Source: a bacterium (GTDB lineage Bacteria > Patescibacteriota > Minisyncoccia > Phycocordibacterales > UBA12088). From it: a stretch of DNA of 64,000 nt. The stretch is from the NCBI GenBank assembly GCA_003252295.1, contig QKEV01000015.1, forward strand, positions 24,242 to 88,241, in the 5' to 3' direction. Under the pieces are notes generated by a model. The model saw only the letters and a list, made by a program, of their open reading frames with translations. It did no database searches and was not told where the DNA came from. This document shows, in pieces, positions 1 through 9,708 of this stretch (position 1 is its first letter; every line of letters begins with the position of its first letter). The position numbers were made by a program, and so were the translations under genes.

Positions 1-2
1 AC

Positions 3-140
3 CAAGGTGATATATTACAAGCTCACCCAGGAATAGATAAGCTTGGGGTCAGTGTTCGTCCATTCTGGAAAGGAAGCTTCCCAGAGTCGACTGATGATAT
101 TGTTGTGATTACAGAGCTTGACGAAAATACCACTTTCTGA
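3..140 (+). CDS. C-terminal fragment of an upstream hypothetical protein (runs off the window start)
   Basis: Open frame QGDILQAHPGIDKLGVSVRPFWKGSFPESTDDIVV...TF* ending just before infA. Confidence 0.6.
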   Translation, partial: QGDILQAHPGIDKLGVSVRPFWKGSFPESTDDIVVITELDENTTF

Positions 141-160
141 TACTCTTTCTTCCACGCTCA

Positions 161-376
161 ATGCAGGATAAAACAGATAAGCAAATTGTAACAGGGACGG
201 TCGAGGAGGCACTCCCGAACGCACTTTTTCGTGTCATTACAGACGATGGTACGGAGGTGCTTGCTTATATTGCCGGCAAGATGCGTCTGCACCGTATTAA
301 AGTTTTAGTTGGAGACACGGTACAGTTACAGCTCGACCCATATGGTGGAAGAGCAAGAATTGTGCGAAGAAGTTAA
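161..376 (+). CDS. infA: translation initiation factor IF-1
   Basis: GTVEEALPNALFRV...LAYIAGKMRLHRIKVLVGD motif; precedes rpmJ-rpsM. Confidence 0.97.
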   Translation: MQDKTDKQIVTGTVEEALPNALFRVITDDGTEVLAYIAGKMRLHRIKVLVGDTVQLQLDPYGGRARIVRRS

Positions 377-385
377 AAAGAAGTT

Positions 386-502
386 ATGAAAGTACGTTCA
401 TCAATAAAGAAAAGAAGTCCAGATGACAAGATCGTGCGCAGGCGCGGTCGTTTGTATGTAATTAATAAAAAGCGCCCAAGGAATAAGCAGCGCCAAGGGT
501 AA
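386..502 (+). CDS. rpmJ: 50S ribosomal protein L36 (Cys-free type)
   Basis: Manual translation [38 protein letters not shown]; canonical position between infA and rpsM. Confidence 0.95.
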   Translation: MKVRSSIKKRSPDDKIVRRRGRLYVINKKRPRNKQRQG

Positions 503-513
503 TAGTTTACAGT

Positions 514-897
514 ATGAGAATCGCAGGTATCACACTTCCAGATAATAAGAGAATGGAAATCGGTCTAACAGCCGTATATGGCGTTGGTCGCCCTCTCGCA
601 CAAGAGATATTAACTGAAGCAAAAATTGATTTTGGAAAGAAAGCTTCAGAACTTACTACTGAAGAGGAAAATACCATCAGAGGTATTATCGAAGAGAAGG
701 GGATTCTTATTGAAGGAGAACTTCGTCGTGAAGTTGGTTCACATATCAAACGTTTGAAGGATATTAACAGCTATCGTGGCAGTCGACACAAGAAGCACCT
801 TCCTGCTCGTGGTCAGCGTACCAAAACGAATGCACGTACATTGAAGGGTACAAAGAAGACTATGGGTAGTGGACGAAGGAAGGTTGAAAAGAAATAG
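514..897 (+). CDS. rpsM: 30S ribosomal protein S13
   Basis: MRIAG...YRGSRHKKHLPARGQRTKTNART. Confidence 0.97.
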   Translation: MRIAGITLPDNKRMEIGLTAVYGVGRPLAQEILTEAKIDFGKKASELTTEEENTIRGIIEEKGILIEGELRREVGSHIKRLKDINSYRGSRHKKHLPARGQRTKTNARTLKGTKKTMGSGRRKVEKK

Positions 898-927
898 TAC
901 TTAATGCAATTGTTTACATAATAGATT

Positions 928-1362
928 ATGGGAAAGAAAAGAATCATAAGAAAACAGGGGACATCAGTAAACGAAGGACTTCGTTCTCGTGCGCTATCTC
1001 GTGCTGCTAAAAAGAAGATCGATAAAGGTACGCTTCATATTCAGGCAACCTACAATAACACTATTGTTACCCTCACCGACAAGCGAGGTAATTCGCTTAT
1101 GGCGAGTTCAAGTGGATGTCTTGGTTTCAAGGGTGCAAAGAAGAGTACACCATTTGCAGCAGCAAAGGTTGGTGAACTTGTTGCTGATAAGGCATTGCAG
1201 ATGGGTATGAAGGAGGTTGATGTTGTTATTCGAGGTGTAGGTGCTGGGCGAGAGGCAAGTATGCGCTCTTTCACAGCAAAGGGAATTTCAATTACCGGTA
1301 TTCGTGATGAGACACCGGTTCCATTTAATGGTCCACGTGCAAGGAAGCCACGTCGAGTTTAG
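928..1362 (+). CDS. rpsK: 30S ribosomal protein S11
   Basis: ATYNNTIVTLTD, KSTPFAA, DETPVPFNG motifs. Confidence 0.97.
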   Translation: MGKKRIIRKQGTSVNEGLRSRALSRAAKKKIDKGTLHIQATYNNTIVTLTDKRGNSLMASSSGCLGFKGAKKSTPFAAAKVGELVADKALQMGMKEVDVVIRGVGAGREASMRSFTAKGISITGIRDETPVPFNGPRARKPRRV

Positions 1363-1391
1363 TAGTAATAGTAGTAAGAGAGACTTTCAGT

Positions 1392-2029
1392 ATGAAAACA
1401 AAAGCAACATATAAAGTATGTCGACGACTCGGCGCAGGAGTATTTGATAAGCAGGAGTATTTGATAAGTGTCAGACACAGAAGTACACCTTGAGTGAGGC
1501 ACGTCATGCAAAGAACGTGCGTGGTCGAGGAAGGAAGAATATTTCTGACTTTGGTAAGCAGCTTTTAGAGAAGCAACGTGTTCGTTTTGCATATGGTATT
1601 TCTGAGCGCCAGTTGAGCAGGTATGTTGAGGAGGCAAACCGTGTTGCTGTACTTGGAATTGATCCAAAGGTCCGATTAGTAGAACAACTTGAGTTACGAC
1701 TCGATAATGTTGTATACAAGCTCGGTTTTGCTCCTACACGTCGAGCAGCACGACAATTGGTGTCACATGGACACGTTGTTATTAATGGTGTTCGAAGTAC
1801 TGTGCCTAGCCATATGACAAAAGAAGGTGATATTATTACCGTTCGAGATCGAACTAAGAACCTTCCAGTCATGGAGCGTGTTAAAACAGGAGTTGAGGAA
1901 GTAGTACTTCCTGCATGGCTCACGTTTAACCTTAAGAAATTTGAGGCAAAAGTTGATGGCAAGCCAAACTTGGAGAATACAGAAATGCCTGGATCAGTTG
2001 CAGCTATTCTTGAGTACTACAGTAGGTAG
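1392..2029 (+). CDS. rpsD: 30S ribosomal protein S4, frameshifted near its 5' end by a 17-bp tandem duplication
   Basis: ATG at 1392 gives MKTKATYKVCRRLGAGVFDK; downstream frame has LELRLDNVVY...RRAARQLVSHGH; removing one copy of gcaggagtatttgataa (1434-1467) joins them. Confidence 0.92.
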
Positions 2030-2081
2030 TAACATAAATTATTTTATTTTCATTATTAACGCTTAAAGTCATTGTTTTTGT

Positions 2082-3065
2082 ATGGACAACAACGTAGCAT
2101 TACCGTCAAAACCACGAGTCGTTACAGAGTCTGAAACCTCTGCGAGTTTTGAGATTGATGGTCTTTTCCCAGGGTATGGACACACCCTCGGTAACTCACT
2201 CCGAAGGATTATTTTGTCCTCACTTACTGGTGCTGCTGTAACTTCTGTAAAGATAGAGGATGTACCTCACGAGTTCTCAACCATTAGTGGTGTACAGGAG
2301 GACGTTATTACCATTCTTTTGAACCTAAAACGTGTTCGTTTCTCAATGACTGGAAATGAGCCACAGGTGCTCAAGCTTACCAAGAAGGGTACAGGAGTTG
2401 TTACAGCAAAGGATATTGAGACAACAGGACAGGTTGAGATATTAAATCCTGACCAACATATTGCTGAACTTACTGATAAGGGGGCAACACTTTCAATGGA
2501 AATAACGGTAGAGAAGGGACTTGGTTATGTACCACGTGAACTTCGCAGTGAGGAAAAAGCAGAGATTGGTATTATTCAACTTGATGCAACATTTACACCA
2601 ATCAGGCGTGTTAACTATGAAGTAGAAAACATGCGTGTTGGTGATCGAACAGATTTCAACAGACTTCGCATCTTTATTGAGACTGATGGTGCCATTACAC
2701 CACGTGAGGCGCTTGAACGTTCTATTGAGATCATGATTCATCAGCTCAAGGCAATTGTTGGTTTCAAGGATTCTCATGAAGAAGAGGTTGAGGAGAATGC
2801 AGCTGCTGAGATTGAGAAACCTGAACCAGTTCTTACTGCGCCAAAGCAGAAGGAGCAGGTTGATGCTGAGGTACTGAAGACACGTGTTGAATCACTTAAG
2901 CTTTCAACGCGAACGATAAGTGCTCTTGATCAAGCAAACATTCGTACCGTGGGTGGACTTGCTCGAAAGCGTGAAGAGGATATTCTTGCTATCGAGGGAC
3001 TTGGTATCAAGGGATTACAAGAAATAAAACGAGCTCTATCTGAGTTTGGAATAACACTTAGATAG
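2082..3065 (+). CDS. rpoA: RNA polymerase alpha subunit
   Basis: GYGHTLGNSLRRIILSS, HEFSTISGVQED, alpha-CTD. Confidence 0.98.
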   Translation: MDNNVALPSKPRVVTESETSASFEIDGLFPGYGHTLGNSLRRIILSSLTGAAVTSVKIEDVPHEFSTISGVQEDVITILLNLKRVRFSMTGNEPQVLKLTKKGTGVVTAKDIETTGQVEILNPDQHIAELTDKGATLSMEITVEKGLGYVPRELRSEEKAEIGIIQLDATFTPIRRVNYEVENMRVGDRTDFNRLRIFIETDGAITPREALERSIEIMIHQLKAIVGFKDSHEEEVEENAAAEIEKPEPVLTAPKQKEQVDAEVLKTRVESLKLSTRTISALDQANIRTVGGLARKREEDILAIEGLGIKGLQEIKRALSEFGITLR

Positions 3066-3101
3066 TTGAAAAACGTATAAGAATGAGTATACTCAAAGAC
3101 C

Positions 3102-3455
3102 ATGCTGCATCACAATAAAACAAGAAAATTTGGAAGGAAGCGTAACGTACGTACAGCGCTTATGCGTTCTCTGGCGCACAACCTCATTCTTGAAGAAAAG
3201 ATCATAACTACAGAGGCGAAAGCAAAGTCACTACGTCCGTACGTGGAGAAGCTCGTGACACATGCAAAAACTGACTCTGTCGCAAAACGACGTCTTGTGG
3301 AAGCACAGCTTGGAAATGATGTTGCAGCGACAAAGAAATTGTTTACAACACTTGGACCACGCTATGCTGAGCGGAACGGTGGTTATACACGTATCGTAAA
3401 GGTGGGTGTACGATCTGGGGATGCTGCAGTAAAAGCGTATATTGGATTTGTATAA
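3102..3455 (+). CDS. rplQ: 50S ribosomal protein L17
   Basis: IITTEAKAK, RNGGYTRIVK. Confidence 0.97.
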   Translation: MLHHNKTRKFGRKRNVRTALMRSLAHNLILEEKIITTEAKAKSLRPYVEKLVTHAKTDSVAKRRLVEAQLGNDVAATKKLFTTLGPRYAERNGGYTRIVKVGVRSGDAAVKAYIGFV

Positions 3456-3459
3456 AAGT

Positions 3460-3819
3460 ATGAGTGACATGAAAGAACAACACGTAATAGATGCATCAGG
3501 GAAGCGCCTCGGACGCGTAGCTACTGAAGTAGCAACCATTCTTATGGGTAAACATAAAGCTGATGCTGTAAAGAATACCGTAGCACCTGTTGAGGTGAAG
3601 GTAGAGCATGTGAGTAAGCTCCTTATTGATGAGAAAAAACGCAATGAGAAAGAGTATACGCATTACACTGGTCACCCTGGAGGTCTCCGCAAGATAAGTA
3701 TGCAGAAACTTATTGAGAAGAAAGGTTTTAGTGAAGTATTCAAGAAAGCAGTGTATGGCATGCTTCCAAGCAACCGACTACGTTCACAGCGTATGAAAAA
3801 TCTAATAGTAACAGAGTAG
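3460..3819 (+). CDS. rplM: 50S ribosomal protein L13
   Basis: IDASGKRLGRVA, YTGHPGGL, AVYGMLP; start taken at ATG 3460. Confidence 0.95.
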   Translation: MSDMKEQHVIDASGKRLGRVATEVATILMGKHKADAVKNTVAPVEVKVEHVSKLLIDEKKRNEKEYTHYTGHPGGLRKISMQKLIEKKGFSEVFKKAVYGMLPSNRLRSQRMKNLIVTE

Positions 3820-3820
3820 T

Positions 3821-4222
3821 ATGGCAGATGATACACGATACATTGAAGCAGTAGGACGACGTAAGACATCAACATGTCGAGCACGTATAGTTCCTGCAAA
3901 AAAGATGGAAATAACTATTAATGGAAAAACTGTTGAAGAGTACTTTCCAACTGACACACTTCGAGCAAAGGTGCTACAACCGTTTAAGGTTGAAGGTCTT
4001 GAGACTGAGTTTACCGTTACTGTGCAGGTAAATGGTGGAGGTATTGCATCACAGTCAGAAGCTGTACGACACAGTATCGCTCGTGCACTTACTAAGTTTG
4101 AGGAGACACTACGAAAGCCACTCAAGGCTGAAGGGTACCTCAAACGTGATCCACGTATGAAGGAACGACGTAAGTTTGGTTTAAAGAAGGCACGACGTGC
4201 ACCACAGTGGAGCAAGCGATAA
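3821..4222 (+). CDS. rpsI: 30S ribosomal protein S9
   Basis: GRRKTS...ERRKFGLKKARRAPQWSKR. Confidence 0.98.
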   Translation: MADDTRYIEAVGRRKTSTCRARIVPAKKMEITINGKTVEEYFPTDTLRAKVLQPFKVEGLETEFTVTVQVNGGGIASQSEAVRHSIARALTKFEETLRKPLKAEGYLKRDPRMKERRKFGLKKARRAPQWSKR

Positions 4223-4236
4223 TCAAATTATAATGC

Positions 4237-4269
4237 AACAAAAAAACCGGTACTGCCGGTTTTTTGTTA
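4237..4269. terminator. intrinsic terminator after rpsI (symmetric)
   Basis: aacaaaaaaaccgg-tactg-ccggttttttgtt hairpin with T tract. Confidence 0.8.
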
Positions 4270-4304
4270 TAAGTATTCAGGTGATAAATCACCTGAATAC
4301 TTAT
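4269..4304. repeat. perfect 17-bp inverted repeat
   Basis: ataagtattcaggtgat-aa-atcacctgaatacttat. Confidence 0.75.
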
Positions 4305-4332
4305 TATGTTTTTAACATAAATCTTTAATCTT

Positions 4333-4455
4333 TAGAACTTTCATATCTGAATGAAATTCAAGGCGCAAAGGAGCAAATAAGTGAGTCGTATAAATATACG
4401 GTGAGCTTATGAGCGACTGCAGCAACGATGAAGTTTGTCAGATATGAGAGTTCTA
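4333..4455. mobile_element. 123-bp palindromic MITE/RPE-like element
   Basis: Terminal inverted repeats tagaactttcatatctga / tcagatatgagagttcta (17/18) and central cgtata-aa-tatacg palindrome. Confidence 0.6.
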
Positions 4456-5343
4456 ATCAAAGAGTTCTATCAAGTACGTATCTATCTCACGCTGTTCAAG
4501 GTCGTAGAAGTACTCATCATTCTTAAAGAGGTATCGTGCAAGATCTTTACCTACAAAACGCCAGTGCCATGGTTCGTACTCGTAGTACTCATTACCCTCA
4601 GGGTACGACATGGTAAAACCATACTTATAAGCATTTTTGAGGAGCCAGTTGTATGCCTCGGTGTTTTCAAAACCATCGAGTGCGCCGTTCAAGCCAGTTA
4701 CGGTAAAGTCTACTGTTGTTCCTAGTTGGTGCTCTGAGTAGCCTTGGTCAGCGGAGAAGGTATTAGCTCCTACACCATAGGTCGAGGTGTACATACCCTT
4801 CAAGGTACTCTGCTCATCGTAGGAGCGGTATCCAGAGAGTACGAGGATATCAACCCTGTCGTCGCGTGCTTCATCAAGAAGATCCTCGAGGTATGGCCAC
4901 ACTTCACTTGAAATACTCACTTCTTTACCGTTGTCATAGATGTACTTATCATCGAGGGCGGTAAGGTCTGCAGGTGCATAGTGTTCGTTGAGGAAGTATA
5001 CCTTAGAGTACTTCTGCAGTAGCTCAGGGTCAGTTGTGCTGAGTTTTTCAAGATCATCTACGCTATCAGTAAGCTTATCAAAGCTGCGATCATATTTTTT
5101 TAATGCATCTTGAATATCCTCTACGTCCTGCTGTCCCGCATAAATAGAGTCAGAAAGTTCAATAATACGTTGTTCAGTCGTTTCTGTGTTGTTTGTTACA
5201 TCAGTTTGAAGACCTGTAAGTATGTTTGAGGTTTCAATATTTGCTGTGTTAAGGGTGGTGATCTTGTCATACATGTAGTACGACGCTCCAAGCTGTGCAA
5301 CAGCAAGTACAGCGAGGGCGTAGAGTAATTTTGAATGTTCCAT
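4453..5343 (-). CDS. M15B family D-Ala-D-Ala carboxypeptidase (VanY/LdcB-like) with N-terminal TM and coiled coil
   Basis: SGYRS, SEHQLGTTVD, YEPWHWRFVG; start moved to ATG 5343 because the longer ORF crosses a terminator. Confidence 0.88.
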   Translation of the reverse strand: MEHSKLLYALAVLAVAQLGASYYMYDKITTLNTANIETSNILTGLQTDVTNNTETTEQRIIELSDSIYAGQQDVEDIQDALKKYDRSFDKLTDSVDDLEKLSTTDPELLQKYSKVYFLNEHYAPADLTALDDKYIYDNGKEVSISSEVWPYLEDLLDEARDDRVDILVLSGYRSYDEQSTLKGMYTSTYGVGANTFSADQGYSEHQLGTTVDFTVTGLNGALDGFENTEAYNWLLKNAYKYGFTMSYPEGNEYYEYEPWHWRFVGKDLARYLFKNDEYFYDLEQREIDTYLIELFD

Positions 5344-5377
5344 TGTACCCACTATTGTACCACTCAAGTAGAACGAG

Positions 5378-5412
5378 AACACCCCTCCTACAAAGTGTAG
5401 AAGGGGTGTTTT
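5378..5412 (-). terminator. terminator of the lipoprotein gene
   Basis: aacacccct-cctacaaagtgtaga-aggggtgtt hairpin. Confidence 0.6.
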
Positions 5413-5423
5413 CATTCATAGTT

Positions 5424-6170
5424 TTACTTGTTGCCCTGTGCCGTCCTAATGTACCTTTCCATTGCACTGCTTCTTATTGTTGCAATAGGTATAAGAACAT
5501 ACTTAAAAGGAAATTTATCAGGATGAACAAGTTCTGACGAATCTTTTGCTGCTGCCATGGCAATAGCAAATGTTTGGTTTCCAACATTAACATTTGCCTC
5601 GTAGAGGAGCTGCATGAAGACTGCTTCCTCTTTGATCTCATCACCAAACTCATTTGCATTTTTGTCTATGTACTTTATCCAATCAGATTTGATTGGCATG
5701 AGGTCATAGAGATTGAGAGGTTTGGGTATGAGTGTTGTAGGCACCATGTAGAACACGTTCTTTACACCAAGTGCTGCACCATAACGGTCTACAATCAGAA
5801 GGTTGTTAACGTCACGTGGGAGCGTATTGAGTATCTCTTGGTGATTGAAAATATCCTCAAGAAAGAAGGGGAATTCACCAACACTGATCGGTGAAATAAA
5901 CATACTTCTTCCAGTTATGTTCATGCGATCTGTCTCTTCAAGAAACCTGATCAGGTTTCGAAGAGTGCCTTCGTCATACACTTCGGCAAGCTTGCCGGCA
6001 AGTACCTCCTTAAGAAAGGCGATGTTGTCTTTTGTTGCTGCTTTTACCTGCTGCTCTCGTGTCTGCTCTACTGTAGTTGCTTGCACATGTCCATCATTTA
6101 CTTGGGCGGTGTGCATGCTCTGACAAGAACACAGAGTAAAGACTAGTACGAGTAAAAGTGTATATTTCAT
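5424..6170 (-). CDS. hypothetical lipoprotein
   Basis: Signal peptide with lipobox-like LCSC; SD aggagga and TTGACA promoter upstream. Confidence 0.75.
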   Translation of the reverse strand: MKYTLLLVLVFTLCSCQSMHTAQVNDGHVQATTVEQTREQQVKAATKDNIAFLKEVLAGKLAEVYDEGTLRNLIRFLEETDRMNITGRSMFISPISVGEFPFFLEDIFNHQEILNTLPRDVNNLLIVDRYGAALGVKNVFYMVPTTLIPKPLNLYDLMPIKSDWIKYIDKNANEFGDEIKEEAVFMQLLYEANVNVGNQTFAIAMAAAKDSSELVHPDKFPFKYVLIPIATIRSSAMERYIRTAQGNK

Positions 6171-6342
6171 TGAATCTCCTCCTGTATATGTATGAATGAA
6201 ATTGAGAAATAACTGTATTTTGACTTACTATATAATACATTAAAATATGAATATGTCAATGTTACTCAGAGCACACAAGTGTTCATAAGGGAATCTGATT
6301 ATGGCTTAAAACAATGGTATACTGTTCTGATACAGTACGACC

Positions 6343-7431
6343 ATGATGGTAGATTTCATAAAAGTAATCAGCCCCACTGCAATAGCATTCTTCGTAGGGA
6401 TAGCAATCACCCCGATTGTTACGCATTACCTGTACAAGTACAAGTGCTGGAAGAAAAAGTCGGGAAAGGGAGGTGGCCTAGGGGGTGGCAAAACCCCTAT
6501 TTTTGATGAACTTCACAAAAATAAAGAAGTTGGTACACCGAGAATGGGTGGCATTGTTATCTGGGCTAGTGTGTTTATCACAACATTGAGCATCTGGCTC
6601 TTGAACAGGTACGTTGGTGGATCAGTACTTGAGAAGCTTGAGTTTATATCACAAAGTCAGACATGGTTACCACTCTTTGCACTTCTTGTTGGTGCAACTG
6701 TTGGTCTCGTGGATGATTTACTTGAAGTAAATGGGAACGGTAAGTACTTTGCTGGGGGGTTACCACTTTCAAGACGACTTCTTTTGGTGGGTACTTTTTT
6801 TGTGTTTGCTGGATACTGGTTTTACGACAAGCTTGATGTGTCAACAGTGTCAGTACCTTTTGATGGGGTGGTAGACCTTGGAGCATGGTTTATTCCATTC
6901 TTTGTTCTTGTGGGATTAGCAATATACGCAGGGGGTGTCATAGATGGTATTGATGGTCTCTCTGGTGGTGTGTTTGCTATTATCTTTGCATCGTACGGCA
7001 TCATTGCACTTGCACAACAGCAGATCGACCTCGCGACGCTTTGTGCTACAGTCGTTGGTGGTTTACTAGCGTTTCTCTGGTTCAACATTCCTCCTGCACG
7101 GTTTTACATGACGGAGACGGGTGTGATGGGACTCACACTCATGCTCACCATTACTGCTTTTATGACAGACACTATTGTTGATGGAGGGAAGGGGCTTGCA
7201 GTACTTCCAGTTATTGCTTTTCCACTCGTTGTGACTGTTCTTTCAAATATCATACAGGTAGGTTCAAAGAAGTTGAGAAAAGGAAAAAAGGTATTTCTTG
7301 TTGCACCTCTCCATCATCATTTTGAAGCACTCGGTTGGCCTGCATACAAGGTGACCATGCGCTACTGGGTACTTACCGCTGTTACTGCCTTTGTTGGGGT
7401 CACCATTGCACTCGCTGGTTCTCTTTTCTAA
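6343..7431 (+). CDS. mraY: phospho-N-acetylmuramoyl-pentapeptide transferase
   Basis: GTPRMGG, GLVDD, DGIDGL, APLHHHFE. Confidence 0.95.
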   Translation: MMVDFIKVISPTAIAFFVGIAITPIVTHYLYKYKCWKKKSGKGGGLGGGKTPIFDELHKNKEVGTPRMGGIVIWASVFITTLSIWLLNRYVGGSVLEKLEFISQSQTWLPLFALLVGATVGLVDDLLEVNGNGKYFAGGLPLSRRLLLVGTFFVFAGYWFYDKLDVSTVSVPFDGVVDLGAWFIPFFVLVGLAIYAGGVIDGIDGLSGGVFAIIFASYGIIALAQQQIDLATLCATVVGGLLAFLWFNIPPARFYMTETGVMGLTLMLTITAFMTDTIVDGGKGLAVLPVIAFPLVVTVLSNIIQVGSKKLRKGKKVFLVAPLHHHFEALGWPAYKVTMRYWVLTAVTAFVGVTIALAGSLF

Positions 7432-7432
7432 T

Positions 7433-8542
7433 ATGCCAAGAGCACCAAAAAAAATTGATAGACCGTACCTTTTTGCTGTGATCGCACTTACGGTTACGGG
7501 TATGTTTATTTTTAGTTCTGCCTCACTTGGCCTTATGGTGCGTGGAGGTAAGACATTTTCTGATCTTATTTTTTCTCAGTTTTTTCTTGGACTTGGAGGT
7601 GGTATCATCGCACTTTTAATACTTGTAAATATTCCATACCGTTCCTATCGTGCCGTAGCACCGTACCTCTTTGGTGTGTCACTTTTTTTAACCGCATTGG
7701 TGTTTGTGCCAATAATTGGCGTTGAGGCAAATGGTGCAAGGAGGTGGCTTGATCTCTTTGGTGTTTCCTTTCAACCTGCTGAATTTTTGAAAATCACATT
7801 TGTCCTTGCACTTGCTTGGTACTACAGTATGTACTACAGAAAAATGAACAGCATACAATACTCTCTTGGAGGGCTCTGTGGTGCACTCGGTGTTATGGCT
7901 ATCGTTCTCCTTTTACAACCTGACACAGGAACCTTCCTTATTCTTGCTTCAACAGGAGTAGCGATGGCAATGGGTGCAGGGGTACAGTTCAAGCACCTTG
8001 CACTCTTGGGCGTCGTTCTACTCATCGGTGTTGTACTTTTGGTGCTCATGCGACCATACCTGCTTGAGCGGGTAAAGACACTCATTGATCCCATGGGAGA
8101 TCCTGACGCGAGCTATCAGATAAAGCAATCACTCATTGGTATCGGTTCCGGAGGGTGGTTTGGTAGGGGGTATGGGCAGGGGGTGCAAAAGTTCAAGTAC
8201 CTACCTGAACCAAGTAGTGACTCTATTTTTAGTGTTGCTGCTGAGGAGTTTGGTTTTATGGGCTGTGTATTGTTTATACTTATGTATGCATTTCTTGCTA
8301 TACGGGGACTCTATATAGCGTCATGGGCACCTGACAGGTTTGGTGGACTAACGGTTATTGGAATTGTTATACTTATTGCAACTCAATCATTTATTAATAT
8401 TGGCTCAGTGGTTGGGCTTGTACCGTTTACTGGAGAGCCGTTGACATTTATTAGCCATGGAGGCACTGCACTCTTGTTTACCTTTATTGGAGTTGGGATA
8501 GTGCTTAACATATCGCGCTACAAGACGGTGCGACAAAACTAG
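7433..8542 (+). CDS. ftsW: SEDS peptidoglycan glycosyltransferase FtsW
   Basis: GARRW, FQPAEFLK, QPDTGT, LPEPSSDSIF; lies between mraY and murG. Confidence 0.92.
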   Translation: MPRAPKKIDRPYLFAVIALTVTGMFIFSSASLGLMVRGGKTFSDLIFSQFFLGLGGGIIALLILVNIPYRSYRAVAPYLFGVSLFLTALVFVPIIGVEANGARRWLDLFGVSFQPAEFLKITFVLALAWYYSMYYRKMNSIQYSLGGLCGALGVMAIVLLLQPDTGTFLILASTGVAMAMGAGVQFKHLALLGVVLLIGVVLLVLMRPYLLERVKTLIDPMGDPDASYQIKQSLIGIGSGGWFGRGYGQGVQKFKYLPEPSSDSIFSVAAEEFGFMGCVLFILMYAFLAIRGLYIASWAPDRFGGLTVIGIVILIATQSFINIGSVVGLVPFTGEPLTFISHGGTALLFTFIGVGIVLNISRYKTVRQN

Positions 8543-8545
8543 TGT

Positions 8546-9679
8546 ATGAAGATTGCATTTACAGGAGGTGGAACAGGTGGTCATTTTTACCCACTTATAG
8601 CAGTAGCAGAGGAGTTGAATGATATTGTTCAAAAGAAGAACCTTATCACTCCGGAGATGTACTATCTCTCCAATATGCCATATGACGAACGTGTACTTTT
8701 CGAAAATAAGATCGAGTATAAGCATGTGACAGCTGGGAAGATGCGTAAGTACTTTTCACTCAAGAATGGCTTTGATTTTTTTAAGACGCTCGTGGGGCTC
8801 CCAAGTGCAGTAGCACTACTGTTCAAAATGTATCCTGACGTCGTGTTTAGCAAAGGTGGGTATGTGTCGGTACCAGTGGTGTTTGCGGCGCGACTTTTAC
8901 GTATCCCCGTGTTCATTCATGATTCTGATGCAATACCAGGCAGAGCAAACCTGTGGGCGGGAAAGTTTGCGGCTCGTGTTGCAGTGAGCTATCCTGATGC
9001 TGCTGATTACTTCAAACATAAAGAACGAGTAGCATACGTAGGTAATCCTGTTCGTAGGAAGATGCAGCTACCTGCAACAACCGAGTCTCATGCACACTTC
9101 AACTTACTGCCTAGTATTCCAACCATACTCGTACTCGGTGGCTCTCAGGGTGCAGAACATATTAATAATACGATGCAGCAAGCACTCAGCGAGCTTCTCA
9201 ATAACTATCAAGTGATACATCAGGTAGGAAAGGCGAACTATGATGTATACAAGAGAATTATTGATATGGAACTACAGGATCATCCAAACATTTCTCGGTA
9301 CAAAGTGGTTCCATTTTTAGAAGAGCTTGACATGCGTAATGCTGCAGGATGTGCAGATCTTATTATTTCTCGTGCTGGGTCAGGATCTATCTTTGAAATG
9401 GCTTGTTGGGCAAAACCTGCGATACTTGTCCCAATACCTGAGAGTGTGAGTCGTGATCAACGTAAGAATGCGTATGCGTATGCGCGTACAGGTGCAGCTG
9501 AGGTGATTGAACAGGAGAACTTCACCCCGCATGTACTTGTCTCAGAGGTGACCAGGTTAATGCAAGATGCAGCGACACGGGAAAAAATGAAGGAGGGTGC
9601 AAAACAGTTTGCTAAACCAGAGGCAGCGCATGTGATAGCACAAGAACTTTTGAAAATGATGCTTGAGCATGAGAAGTAG
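8546..9679 (+). CDS. murG: MurG GlcNAc transferase
   Basis: GGGTGGHFYP, GGYVS, GGSQGA, SRAGSG. Confidence 0.96.
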   Translation: MKIAFTGGGTGGHFYPLIAVAEELNDIVQKKNLITPEMYYLSNMPYDERVLFENKIEYKHVTAGKMRKYFSLKNGFDFFKTLVGLPSAVALLFKMYPDVVFSKGGYVSVPVVFAARLLRIPVFIHDSDAIPGRANLWAGKFAARVAVSYPDAADYFKHKERVAYVGNPVRRKMQLPATTESHAHFNLLPSIPTILVLGGSQGAEHINNTMQQALSELLNNYQVIHQVGKANYDVYKRIIDMELQDHPNISRYKVVPFLEELDMRNAAGCADLIISRAGSGSIFEMACWAKPAILVPIPESVSRDQRKNAYAYARTGAAEVIEQENFTPHVLVSEVTRLMQDAATREKMKEGAKQFAKPEAAHVIAQELLKMMLEHEK

Positions 9680-9708
9680 TATCAGTGAGTAAAGTAGAAA
9701 AAGAATTT

